Shown here piece after piece: positions 55,424 through 64,000 of a stretch of DNA of 64,000 nucleotides (positions are counted from its first letter, which is position 1; every line of letters begins with the position of its first letter). A program made the position numbers and the translations under genes. Below the pieces are notes generated by a model. The model made no database searches. It had not been told where the DNA came from and saw only the letters and a program-made list of their open reading frames with translations. Source of the DNA: an uncultured virus (IMG/VR IMGVR_UViG_3300028840_005337) (taxonomy: Duplodnaviria > Heunggongvirae > Uroviricota > Caudoviricetes); IMG/VR virus record IMGVR_UViG_3300028840_005337, positions 1-64,000 of that record. One strand, 5' to 3'.

Positions 55424-56776
55424 GTGCCAAATGACGGACTTGGTCCCCCACGTGTAGGGGACCGGTGCCGAGTCATCAAAGCCAGCATGTGGGCTCGTGC
55501 GGAAGATCGTGCCGGCAACTTAGTAGTCGGCGACACGTTCACCGTTGTCAGAGTCCGCGGAGTGCGTGCTGACGGCGGACCCGGAGTTGAATTCCGGACG
55601 TACGAGGGCAACCTTCACACCTTTCCGATCGGCGATGTCGAAGTCATCGCACGTGCGAGCGGTGAGGACGCCCCACAGGAATTCAGATCCGGTGATTTGG
55701 TACACGTCGTATCGAAACCGATTTCTGCGCACAACCCGCATCACGCCGGGTATCTGCAGCGCGGACATGTTATCCAGGTATCACACGCTGAGGACCGGTG
55801 GATTCATTACGATCTGCCGGGCGGCGGCACACAGTCGATACATGCGACTGATTGCCGCTTGCTCTGGCGTTCCGACGATGCAGAGATTATACCTGGGTGC
55901 ACTGTGACTGTGCTACGTAACAACGTCTCAGCGCGGAAGCAACACATCGGCGCTTTGCTGGAGGTAGGCGACCACCTGAGGGTGTTACGCACGGACGGTA
56001 AATCGGTTTGGTACAAACGTGTAAATGATGGCTACGGTCAAGAACACAATATCCCATATAAGGACGTCCGCCGTGACGGGTGTGATGATGTGTTCAAAGA
56101 CTGCCGCGCAAGAGACGTGGTAGTTGTCAAAAATCCGCACGGTTGCATGCACCCAGATGGGCATCGGCAGCTGCGCAAGGGTGACATGGTCACTGTCAGC
56201 AATCGCGATAGCTGCGGCATCGCGTATAAATACATCAATGCGGAGGGCAAGCTGGCTTTGGCCTGGTTGGACCACCGCGATATTGTGCTGTACAGACGAC
56301 CGGTCGCCGGAGGTGCTGGGCCTCGACGCAAGAAGCCCAAGAAATCAAGCCGGTACCCTATGAAAGCCATGAGTACCGGTCGAACCAAAACTGTTTCTGA
56401 AACCAAAGAAGGAGCTTGTGACGCTATGCAGTCATTCAACGCCAATCGAGAAGAGTATATCAAGTTGCTGGAGGCCCACTTCACCAAGTGCGAGGCCGCC
56501 AAGAAAGAAGCCGATGCCAGCATCGCCGCGGCGCTCAAGGAAGGCTCGGCGAAGATCACCGAACGCGTGGAGAAAGCCCCGACGAGCCACGTCAGCGCGG
56601 ACGTCAAGGTCGCCACGTATTCGGGGCCGAACATCGCCAACCTCGCGGCGCATATCGCGACGTTGAAGCGTTGCTGCGACGAGGTCGTTGAAGTCGACGC
56701 CCGCGAAGATCAGCAATACTTCGCCGAGCCGTCGGTCAACATGGACCGTCACGCGCAGGTTACGCTCAGCATGTAG
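55424..56776 (+). CDS. Protein with tandem SH3/KOW-like repeats and helical C-terminus
   Basis: AGGAG + GTG start; four units of GD.v.V...L..G(D/H)..V. Confidence 0.6.
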   Translation: MPNDGLGPPRVGDRCRVIKASMWARAEDRAGNLVVGDTFTVVRVRGVRADGGPGVEFRTYEGNLHTFPIGDVEVIARASGEDAPQEFRSGDLVHVVSKPISAHNPHHAGYLQRGHVIQVSHAEDRWIHYDLPGGGTQSIHATDCRLLWRSDDAEIIPGCTVTVLRNNVSARKQHIGALLEVGDHLRVLRTDGKSVWYKRVNDGYGQEHNIPYKDVRRDGCDDVFKDCRARDVVVVKNPHGCMHPDGHRQLRKGDMVTVSNRDSCGIAYKYINAEGKLALAWLDHRDIVLYRRPVAGGAGPRRKKPKKSSRYPMKAMSTGRTKTVSETKEGACDAMQSFNANREEYIKLLEAHFTKCEAAKKEADASIAAALKEGSAKITERVEKAPTSHVSADVKVATYSGPNIANLAAHIATLKRCCDEVVEVDAREDQQYFAEPSVNMDRHAQVTLSM

Positions 56777-56811
56777 CAAACCATCAGAGTGTCTTTCTCA
56801 AGAAAGGCAAC

Positions 56812-56850
56812 AGGGGCGGCGGTTGACCGCTTCCGCCGCCCCTACTTTTA
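56812..56850 (+). terminator. Intrinsic terminator
   Basis: AGGGGCGGCGG...CCGCCGCCCCT followed by ACTTTT. Confidence 0.55.
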
Positions 56851-56883
56851 CTTTCAAGCATACAACTACCGGGAGGGTTCACA

Positions 56884-57393
56884 ATGAACAGACGAGACAT
56901 GCTGAAGACATCGGCCGCTGCCGTTGCGGCCACCGGGATGCTCCCGCGCGCGGAAGCCAAACCCACACCGACGGGCGACAAACAGATCATCGAACATTAC
57001 GCCGCGACGATCTATGCGATCCCAGTCGTGGCCGCCCGGCGTGTTCTGGGCCTCTACCGCGGTGACTACAGCCTGTCCGTGTTGAAGGACGGCCAGCTGC
57101 TCGGCAATGCCAGGATAGTCGTTGCAACCGAAGAGGACATCGACCGGTTCTTCAAGCCCGTGGCCGTCGGAGACGGTTTTACTCCGCGGATGGTAGCGAA
57201 GATACCGTCGGTGCGCTTCGGTGACGATCTCACTCTTAGAGACTTCTGGGTCTATACCGATCCGCCGGAGCCGGCCGACGGCTTCGTGAACCGTGAGGGT
57301 GCTGGCAAACTGATCGGCCTGCCGTACGCAACCTACGGCGGACGCCTCTGGAGAATGAAAGGACGTAAGCTCTATGAAATTCGGGACTCTTAG
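56884..57393 (+). CDS. Protein with twin-arginine (Tat) signal peptide
   Basis: MNRRDMLKTSAAAVAATGMLPRAEA; GGAGG RBS. Confidence 0.65.
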   Translation: MNRRDMLKTSAAAVAATGMLPRAEAKPTPTGDKQIIEHYAATIYAIPVVAARRVLGLYRGDYSLSVLKDGQLLGNARIVVATEEDIDRFFKPVAVGDGFTPRMVAKIPSVRFGDDLTLRDFWVYTDPPEPADGFVNREGAGKLIGLPYATYGGRLWRMKGRKLYEIRDS

Positions 57394-58264
57394 CGTCGTT
57401 TGCGGCACGTCCGCATGCAACGCCGGCTGCCCGTTCTGCGTGAGCAAGATGACCACGCAGGCAGAAACCGTAAAGAGGCCAAACTGGAGGCGATGTGAGG
57501 TCGCCTGCGAATTGGCAAAGCGCAGCGGCGTGACCACTGCGCTGATTACCGGTAAAGGCGAGCCCACACTCGTCCCCAAAGAGATTTCCGCCTACGTCCG
57601 CCGCCTCGCCGTGCACTTCCCGTTGATCGAACTGCAGACCAACGGGATTATGCTGGCACACGAGAAGGACGACAGATGGATAAACGAGTGGGCGTGCTCC
57701 GGCATGACGCTCATCTGTGTCTCGGTGGTACATCACGAGAAACTGATCAACAGCGACATGATGGGCTACAAAGGCAAGGAGTTCGAGCTGTCGACGCTGA
57801 TCGAGCGCATCCACAAAGCCGGTATGTCCGTGCGGATCAACTGCACGGCCATGAAAGGCGGCGTTGAGACGTCCGACCACATCCACGACATGATCGACTT
57901 CTGCGCCTGCTTCGATGTCGAGCAGTTCACTATCCGCGAGGTCACTGCGCCGGACGCTGACGAACGCGTCGCACATCCCGGCGTCGCCAAATGGGTCCAC
58001 GAGCATCAGCTCAACCAAAAGGACAGTGACGGCGCTAAGATCGCCGGCGATCTGGCCATCCAGCGCGCAGTCGAGGAGCTGGGTGGGCAGAAACTGCTGG
58101 CACTTCCACATGGCGCAATGGTCTACGATGTCGGAGGCCAGAACGTCTGCACGAACAATTGCTTGACGGATACGCTCAATCCAGAAGAGATCCGCCAGCT
58201 CATTTACTTCCGGGACGGCCATTTGAGGTACGACTGGAAGTATCCCGGTGCTATCATCATCTAG
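57374..58264 (+). CDS. Radical SAM protein
   Basis: CNAGCPFC (CxxxCxxC), ITGKGEPTL, LQTNG. Confidence 0.9.
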   Translation: MKFGTLSVVCGTSACNAGCPFCVSKMTTQAETVKRPNWRRCEVACELAKRSGVTTALITGKGEPTLVPKEISAYVRRLAVHFPLIELQTNGIMLAHEKDDRWINEWACSGMTLICVSVVHHEKLINSDMMGYKGKEFELSTLIERIHKAGMSVRINCTAMKGGVETSDHIHDMIDFCACFDVEQFTIREVTAPDADERVAHPGVAKWVHEHQLNQKDSDGAKIAGDLAIQRAVEELGGQKLLALPHGAMVYDVGGQNVCTNNCLTDTLNPEEIRQLIYFRDGHLRYDWKYPGAIII

Positions 58265-58273
58265 GAGACTAAG

Positions 58274-58375
58274 ATGAAGGAACACCACCAGCTTGCGGCA
58301 GTATTAATAGGCACGCTGCTTATCCCGGCGCTGCTGGTACTGACGTATGCTATCCTTTATGCCTATGGGGATTGA
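58274..58375 (+). CDS. 33-aa membrane peptide
   Basis: AGGAG RBS; single TM helix. Confidence 0.45.
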   Translation: MKEHHQLAAVLIGTLLIPALLVLTYAILYAYGD

Positions 58376-58377
58376 CC

Positions 58378-58605
58378 ATGGGAAACCGACGACGCAAAAC
58401 CGGCGGCAAACGCCGGAAAAGTGTACGTTGCACCCTGTGCACCGACGTTCGGTGGCTGGGCAACGCCTCGGGTAGATTCAAACGCAAAGACGAACTCGAG
58501 ATGCGCGACCGAGGGCGCTTGGAGGAGTTCGAGAAGGAGAAAGACGATGGCCAAACTACTGGGCCAGGGGGTGAACACCCTCAAGAAGATGAAGAACGAC
58601 TGTGA
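58378..58605 (+). CDS. Small basic protein
   Basis: RRKSVRCTLCT motif. Confidence 0.5.
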   Translation: MGNRRRKTGGKRRKSVRCTLCTDVRWLGNASGRFKRKDELEMRDRGRLEEFEKEKDDGQTTGPGGEHPQEDEERL

Positions 58606-59332
58606 AAAAGTCGTGACCAAGCAGTACCAGTTGCTGCAGGTCTCGCAGTCCTTCGGTGGGTATGACAAGTCGTACACGCCGCTGGACGAAGACGGTCGTC
58701 AGCTGCCCAGCGAGGGGCAGACGATCAAGCAGGACCCGCGCGATCTCGTCGCCCGCGTCGAGAAAGAGTGGACCGCACTTTTCGACATGATGGCGGGCTG
58801 CGACAAGACGAACTGCACGGCCGCAGCGGACATCGTGGTCCGCGACGAAGCCGGCGACCCGTTCGTCATCGCCGAGCGCGTGCCCGTCACGACGCTGATG
58901 CCGCTGCAGAAGAAAGCAGACGACATCCTCACACTCATCCGCCACATCCCGACGCTCTCGATGAGCCGTACGTGGACGTGGGACGACAACGCAAACTGCT
59001 ACGTGTCGGATGAGGAGTTCACGGACAAGACCGAAAAGGTGCACCGCCACCAGATCGTCGTCGAGCCCACCGAATTCCACCCGGCGCAGACGCATACGTA
59101 CACCGAGGACCGCCCGATCGGTACCTGGCGAACGGTTTGGACCACGTCCTGCCGTCCGGCAGCCGAAGTGGCGGCCATGGAGGCGCGCGCCATTGCATTC
59201 AAATACGCAATCGGCGAAGCTGTGCAGAAGGCCAACACGGCCGAAATGCAAGAGAGAAAGATCGCCAAGCCGATCTTTGATTGGATCCTTCGGGGAGTGA
59301 AGCCTGCAGCCCAACAGCCCAGCGAGGCATAG
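58547..59332 (+). CDS. Conserved protein of unknown function, linked to the downstream tRNA-like RNA
   Basis: AAGGAG RBS. Motifs Y.P.DEDG.QLP.E, D..NC.A.ADIVV, VPV..L..L.K, T..HPAQ.....ED...G.W, which I recall from a widespread bacterial/phage family. Confidence 0.75.
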   Translation: MAKLLGQGVNTLKKMKNDCEKVVTKQYQLLQVSQSFGGYDKSYTPLDEDGRQLPSEGQTIKQDPRDLVARVEKEWTALFDMMAGCDKTNCTAAADIVVRDEAGDPFVIAERVPVTTLMPLQKKADDILTLIRHIPTLSMSRTWTWDDNANCYVSDEEFTDKTEKVHRHQIVVEPTEFHPAQTHTYTEDRPIGTWRTVWTTSCRPAAEVAAMEARAIAFKYAIGEAVQKANTAEMQERKIAKPIFDWILRGVKPAAQQPSEA

Positions 59333-59690
59333 GCGCAGGCATAACAGAGCTTTAGAGTCAGGTTTAGATTTATGTTAGAGGGACCCGTGCGCTCTGCGCA
59401 CTTTTAGGTTCGAGTCCTGACGCGGGCACTTTTTCGACTGTCCGTGTGGCGAAATTGGAAAACGCAGGTCCCCTCCCAGCAGACTTCGACAGCTTACTCC
59501 TAGGCTCACATAGGTTTGTCATGATGTGCAATCAATCGCTACGAGAAACCCATTTTGAATATACGGGTTAGATTCCCGTCCCGGCCTCCTTATTGTCCAC
59601 ACGCTACCCATAAGGGCCGGGTCGTATAATGTTAATACGTTCAACATACTCAGACTAACCTCGTGGCTTAAACGGTGGACAGTGCATATC
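59333..59690 (+). ncRNA. RNA with two circularly permuted tRNA-like modules and hexamer repeats
   Basis: Modules at 59380-59472 and 59555-59644, each in the order T-arm, acceptor stem closed by a loop, D-arm. Confidence 0.7.
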
Positions 59691-59754
59691 TGCGTTTACG
59701 CTAAACCGAACCCAGGGCCCCCCCTGTCAGGACAATATGGGTTAGGGGCCCGCC

Positions 59755-59828
59755 AGTGCCGAGTCAATAGTCGACAGCCGTGGCTTCACAGCCTTGCGGT
59801 AGCCCGGTGCGATCCCGGGTCGGCGCTC
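59755..59828 (+). ncRNA. Atypical tRNA-like element
   Basis: 8-bp acceptor AGTGCCGA/TCGGCGCT, short D-like arm, bulged central arm, T-like arm CCCGG-TGCGATC-CCGGG. Confidence 0.45.
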
Positions 59829-59847
59829 TCATAGAAAGGAGGACGAC

Positions 59848-60201
59848 ATGTCCGAAGAACTCGATACCAGTACCGACATCTCGCCGTCCGACGACGGATC
59901 GGAACTGAACGTACACATCGACCTCACGCCGAAAAACGACAAGTCGGAGACGTTGGTGTGCAACTGGTGTGCTGAGCCGCACGCCGTCGACGCTGATTAC
60001 AAGGAAGCGATGCTCGAACGTGGCGAAGAGCAGCTTATGGTGCTCCGCCAGCAGTATCCCGACAAAGCCGAGGTGCACGAGCTCGAGCCCGACCAGACAT
60101 GGACATGCGGCAGGTGCTTGCTATTCCTGTGCGGGCATTCGCCCGATTCCATGCGAACCGACTGCCACGATCACGCAGTCCCAGAAGAGAGACAAACGTG
60201 A
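59848..60201 (+). CDS. Hypothetical Zn-binding protein
   Basis: AAGGAGG RBS; two CxxC motifs. Confidence 0.6.
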   Translation: MSEELDTSTDISPSDDGSELNVHIDLTPKNDKSETLVCNWCAEPHAVDADYKEAMLERGEEQLMVLRQQYPDKAEVHELEPDQTWTCGRCLLFLCGHSPDSMRTDCHDHAVPEERQT

Positions 60202-60419
60202 TGAGCGTCGAGTATATCGACACTGACTTGTGGACGAAACGGTGCGGCAGCGACTACAGCCGCAACCGCTTCTCGCTCGGCCTGGCGCTCAGCCGCGTCG
60301 ACTGCTTGGACTTCATCCTTGTGAGTGTGTACATCGGCCCCTGGAAACTCTGGTGGCGTACACGCACCAAGGCGGAACGCATCAAAAAGGCCGAGGCCGC
60401 TTGGCCTTGGTGGTACTAA
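60201..60419 (+). CDS. Hypothetical protein
   Basis: TGATG coupling. Confidence 0.5.
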   Translation: MSVEYIDTDLWTKRCGSDYSRNRFSLGLALSRVDCLDFILVSVYIGPWKLWWRTRTKAERIKKAEAAWPWWY

Positions 60420-60431
60420 AAGGAGGATACG

Positions 60432-60683
60432 ATGTCATGGAGAAAATTCTGGCGCGATTTGCGATGTTTTGCGGCCGGAGAACCCAGTCCCCGCAACGTA
60501 ACTCTCGGCGAGGCTCACATCAAACATTTGGCCGGCGGAGGCAACATTGTTTTGCCCCGCAACACCGTCAAGATCACGTTTGCCGACCTCGGCCTCGAAG
60601 GCATGCTCGCAGCCATCTCGTCAGGACATCTTACTATTGACGCCGTCGGCGATGACTTCGTCTACAGAAAGGAAGACGCTTGA
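60432..60683 (+). CDS. Hypothetical protein
   Basis: AAGGAGG RBS. Confidence 0.55.
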   Translation: MSWRKFWRDLRCFAAGEPSPRNVTLGEAHIKHLAGGGNIVLPRNTVKITFADLGLEGMLAAISSGHLTIDAVGDDFVYRKEDA

Positions 60684-61276
60684 AATCGATTGTGCACGAG
60701 GACTTTTTCAAGAGCCTCAAGCGCCTGTGCCGCTCCAAGTGGCACCCATCAAACCTCTGGTACCGGTTCAAATGTTGGGCCTGGAAGAGGTATACCACGA
60801 TCAAGCCACGCAATCTCGACCATACGTGGTGCGATCGCTGTGAACTACTCCCGCACATGATGTTCGAGATCTTGGGCGAGTTCATCGAGAAGGAGTGCTC
60901 GCCCGGCCATGTCGAGTGGTACGGCGAGCACGGCCACAAGATCGAAGTCGATGGCGAGGAAGTCTACGTCATGGACGAGATGAAAGCCCTGTGGGAGTGG
61001 TTCACTGAGAAGTACATGAAGGCCTACCCGGAAGCCGAGGAGATGATCTACGATCGCATCCGCGCGATCGACGAGCAGCATCTGAAAGCACACTTCGTTC
61101 CGTACGGAGACAGCGACGACCTCGTCGAGTGGGACCCGCAGTACGACGATGCTTCTAAGAAAGAGTTTGTCTCGAAGCTGTACTCGGAGTGCAGCGAACG
61201 CGAGCAGCTCGTTGAAGAAGAGAAGGCGGAGATGATGCACCGCCTCGTCAACATTCACCGGTATATGTGGACTTGA
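60680..61276 (+). CDS. Hypothetical phage protein
   Basis: Coupled TTG start; WCDR..LL...MFEIL..F motif. Confidence 0.6.
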   Translation: MKSIVHEDFFKSLKRLCRSKWHPSNLWYRFKCWAWKRYTTIKPRNLDHTWCDRCELLPHMMFEILGEFIEKECSPGHVEWYGEHGHKIEVDGEEVYVMDEMKALWEWFTEKYMKAYPEAEEMIYDRIRAIDEQHLKAHFVPYGDSDDLVEWDPQYDDASKKEFVSKLYSECSEREQLVEEEKAEMMHRLVNIHRYMWT

Positions 61277-61279
61277 ATT

Positions 61280-61573
61280 ATGGATGTAGAGACGTATTTG
61301 CGGGAGCATTCTGTACTTGACGGCCACGGCAATCTGGACGGGGAGTTTGTGCCCCTACCGATAGCATGGTTAGCTGTGCAGATGCATTCCGAAGGTAAAC
61401 TCGAACTCTTACCGCGGTCGTGGGTGCGGGACGATCACGTAGGCAGTCTCAGTGTCATAGCGGCTGGTGTGGATCCCAACCACCAGACCGACCACTGCGA
61501 CCACTGCGGATATGTCTTCGCAGAGAAAGATGACGAGATTATCCCGACATGCACACACACACTGAGCATGTGA
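61280..61573 (+). CDS. Hypothetical protein
   Basis: ORF in operon. Confidence 0.45.
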   Translation: MDVETYLREHSVLDGHGNLDGEFVPLPIAWLAVQMHSEGKLELLPRSWVRDDHVGSLSVIAAGVDPNHQTDHCDHCGYVFAEKDDEIIPTCTHTLSM

Positions 61574-61620
61574 CCCTATGCCGGACCTGCTACAACAAGG
61601 CCGGAACGAATGTACGTTAG

Positions 61621-63504
61621 TTACTCGAGCAGCTCGTCATCCCACTCACCATCCGTAAGCGGCACCGATGCCCGCAGTTGTTCGTCGGTGATCGCGTAGG
61701 AGGCGAGCTCGTCGAGTCGTGGCCACCGCTTGGTGCGGTACCACACCGCCACGCAGCCCAAATTGACAGCCTGGGCGAAGTCGTCAGTGAATCCTTCCTG
61801 CCGGGTGATCCGGTAGATCTCACCGGCGGCCATCGTGGTGATTTTGTCTTCGGTCAAGGCCAGAAAGTCCCGGATCAGGCCCGGATCCTCTTGGGAGTTG
61901 TAGTCCTTGTCGAAGAAACGGAGCTTCTGGCACTTGATCATCGCACACGTCAGCAAGAGCGTTCGGCTCTTGTCGACACGGTAGTGGCTACGCGGATGCT
62001 GCATCGTAGGAGCAACGTGGTAGCAGGGCTGCTGGTTAGCGGAGCGGACGTACTGACAGGGCATCACTTTGCGAGTCGGAATGCCCGCTTGAATCAGGAA
62101 CGTCTCCCGCAGAGAGCCGGCACCAGTGTAGTCGTGTGCGAGAATCTCGGGCTTGAAGATATCCCAGTAGTGTTTGACCTCTTTGGCTTCGCGCAGGTGG
62201 TCGTGGGGTGTAAGGAGCCGCTTGCCCCACAGTACGTCGATCGAGCCATCGTGCTTCACACCAAGGAGAGCGATCGTCGTAAAGCTGATCTTCTTTTCAC
62301 CGCCCCCTCCCCAGTCAACGCCCAGCACGCGAAATTTGTATTGCCCGCAGCGACCACGGGCACGTGCAACTGTGTTGGGCCCGAGGTCAGACACCCGGTC
62401 AATTTCAGTCAGCGTAACGAGTTTGGCGGCCGTGTCGTAAGACTCGCCGAGAACCTCGTTCCAAAACACGTTCGCAGGCGTGTTGCCTTTGCCCGCCATC
62501 TTGGCGAGGAGTTCAGCCCACTTGTCAGGCTTGGCATAGTGCAAAGGCATGATCACCTGTGGAACATGGTATCCCGCCTGTAGCCATACCCGGTCGGGAT
62601 GCCGGTGTACCCAGCGCCCCAGTCGGGGACTAATCGGCTTGCCGCAATGATAACAAATCGTCGCCGGGCACTTCTCGCTGATGTCGGTGTGATACTCGCC
62701 GATCATCTTCTCGAGATGGAACTCCATGGACGGTATGTTCCAGCGCGGCTTGCCGTTCTGGGTACAATGAAAACAGGGAATAAACCACTCGGCCTGGCTG
62801 GACTCGGTCCACAGGGCCTCTAGAGTGTTGTCCAACGTCTTCGGCGTGCCGGTGAACTGCCGGATCGCCCAGTCGGATGCCGACATCGTTTCGCGGATGA
62901 TCGGGATATGTTCATGGTTCATATCCTGGACCTCGTCGATGGCCACTTTGTCCGCGGAAATACCCCGGACACGGTCAGCGTTGAGGAATGCGAACGAAAA
63001 GAGCATTTTGGAGTCGTTACGGAAGGAGCGGTGCAGCACGCTGTTCACGGTGGTCGTGTCCGACCACAAGAACTTCACCGGACTTTGGTCGATGAAGGGC
63101 TGGACGAACATCGTGCTGAAGCGCCGAACCTGCTCGAACAGCGGCATCACGTAGAGTGTGCTGAAGTTCGGGATGGAGGTGGATGTGATTACCCCGTGGG
63201 CAGCGAGCGATGTGCTCTTGCTCACCTGCCGCCCCGTCTTGTAGACTATGGCGGACGGCATACGGAATCTGAAGATCTCTTCAAAGGGGAAGTGGTTCGC
63301 CAAGGTGTACGGCTTACCCTTGAGATTGAGGAGCAGCATGAGCCCGTTGGCAAGTGAGTCCAACCGGCCCGACTGCAACAGCTGCGTGAAGAGCCTGACT
63401 CTTTCGTTAGCTGACAACTCCTCGATATTCTGGGGACTGAATGCGGCCCTCATCCGCATCTGCAGTCGTGCCAGTGCTTCAGGTTCTTGAAAGGGTACAT
63501 CCAT
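61621..63504 (-). CDS. terL: Terminase large subunit (GpA-like)
   Basis: Walker A-like KTGRQVSKST, Walker B VAIDEVQD, GTPKT coupling motif, CxxC pairs, nuclease LGVDWGGG and C-terminal DDFAQA. Confidence 0.85.
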   Translation of the reverse strand: MDVPFQEPEALARLQMRMRAAFSPQNIEELSANERVRLFTQLLQSGRLDSLANGLMLLLNLKGKPYTLANHFPFEEIFRFRMPSAIVYKTGRQVSKSTSLAAHGVITSTSIPNFSTLYVMPLFEQVRRFSTMFVQPFIDQSPVKFLWSDTTTVNSVLHRSFRNDSKMLFSFAFLNADRVRGISADKVAIDEVQDMNHEHIPIIRETMSASDWAIRQFTGTPKTLDNTLEALWTESSQAEWFIPCFHCTQNGKPRWNIPSMEFHLEKMIGEYHTDISEKCPATICYHCGKPISPRLGRWVHRHPDRVWLQAGYHVPQVIMPLHYAKPDKWAELLAKMAGKGNTPANVFWNEVLGESYDTAAKLVTLTEIDRVSDLGPNTVARARGRCGQYKFRVLGVDWGGGGEKKISFTTIALLGVKHDGSIDVLWGKRLLTPHDHLREAKEVKHYWDIFKPEILAHDYTGAGSLRETFLIQAGIPTRKVMPCQYVRSANQQPCYHVAPTMQHPRSHYRVDKSRTLLLTCAMIKCQKLRFFDKDYNSQEDPGLIRDFLALTEDKITTMAAGEIYRITRQEGFTDDFAQAVNLGCVAVWYRTKRWPRLDELASYAITDEQLRASVPLTDGEWDDELLE

Positions 63505-63727
63505 GGATAGAACTCCGTTTGAGGTAGAGAGGTATCGTCAGCGCGAGCTTGCAAAGTTCGATGCTGCTGGTCACTTCTGTGGCGAGGTCGCTCGACGAAC
63601 CCGCCCGTTCTGGGTCACTGTTTTGATCGCTTGGGTGATCATAATGGTGGTCTGCTATCTGTGACATGATAGCACAGACATGCTAAAACGCGAAGTCTGA
63701 TACACTCCAGCCTGGGAGGAGCTGCTA

Positions 63728-63946
63728 ATGGCAGTAACAATGAATGCGAGGTTGTTTCTTGAGCGTGCGGGTCTCCGGCCAACATTCAGGCGACCGGTCC
63801 CGACCACAGTCCCGGAGGATAATCCCATCTTCTCCCTCCCGTTGGATCCGCCACTACCACCGGCGGAATTGATACGGGACGGATGGCCTCCGCCGGACAG
63901 GTCTTCGACTCAGAATGACCCATGGCATCTTGGATCTACAGAGTAA
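63728..63946 (+). CDS. Small Pro-rich hypothetical protein
   Basis: GGAGGAG RBS; divergent from terL. Confidence 0.45.
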   Translation: MAVTMNARLFLERAGLRPTFRRPVPTTVPEDNPIFSLPLDPPLPPAELIRDGWPPPDRSSTQNDPWHLGSTE

Positions 63947-64000
63947 CCATGTTTGCAAGTTGGTTTCGCGTGGCCATATGGTTGATCGTGCTGGCCTTGC

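Noticed and set aside
59380..59644. Genuine permuted tRNA genes that mature into decoding tRNAs
   Set aside because: No bulge-helix-bulge junction or reconstitutable anticodon loop is evident, so they are treated as tRNA mimics
59755..59828. tRNA-Sec or opal suppressor (8-bp acceptor, CTTCA)
   Set aside because: No 7-nt anticodon loop on a proper stem, no long variable arm or 6-bp D stem, and TGA is used as a normal stop in this window
40115..59850. Identical AAGGAGGACGACATG upstream of 40128 and 59848
   Set aside because: Mostly a consensus Shine-Dalgarno plus start codon; too short to imply a mobile repeat

Overview
64 kb of a large, GC-rich tailed phage genome with a contractile (myovirus-type) tail, probably a jumbo phage. 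A Planctomycetota host is suggested, by inference only, from a Ycf46-like AAA/DUF1257/DUF2997 gene cluster whose sequences resemble planctomycete members. Positions 1-31.7 kb are a + strand virion morphogenesis region. It encodes tail fibres, neck, sheath, tube, a spike/hub protein, a tail chaperone with a -1 frameshift, tape measure and baseplate, plus an embedded sigma factor, a sulfotransferase and a fused glycosyltransferase. Positions 31.8-61.6 kb are an accessory/early region with many hypothetical genes, a primase-like gene, two GP88-like genes, a radical SAM gene, HNH nucleases, four tRNAs and many structured non-coding segments. A terminase large subunit lies on the - strand at the end. 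Best novel candidates: (1) a conserved protein gene followed directly by an RNA made of two circularly permuted tRNA-like modules, hexamer repeats and a possible pseudoknot (58.5-59.7 kb); (2) a C-terminal R-x-x-R-[GK]-[VI]-x-[LFIT] peptide shared by six otherwise unrelated proteins around the AAA ATPase; (3) a large ornate ncRNA and several atypical tRNA-like elements in the tRNA/HNH island. All family assignments come from motif recognition by eye, not from database searches.
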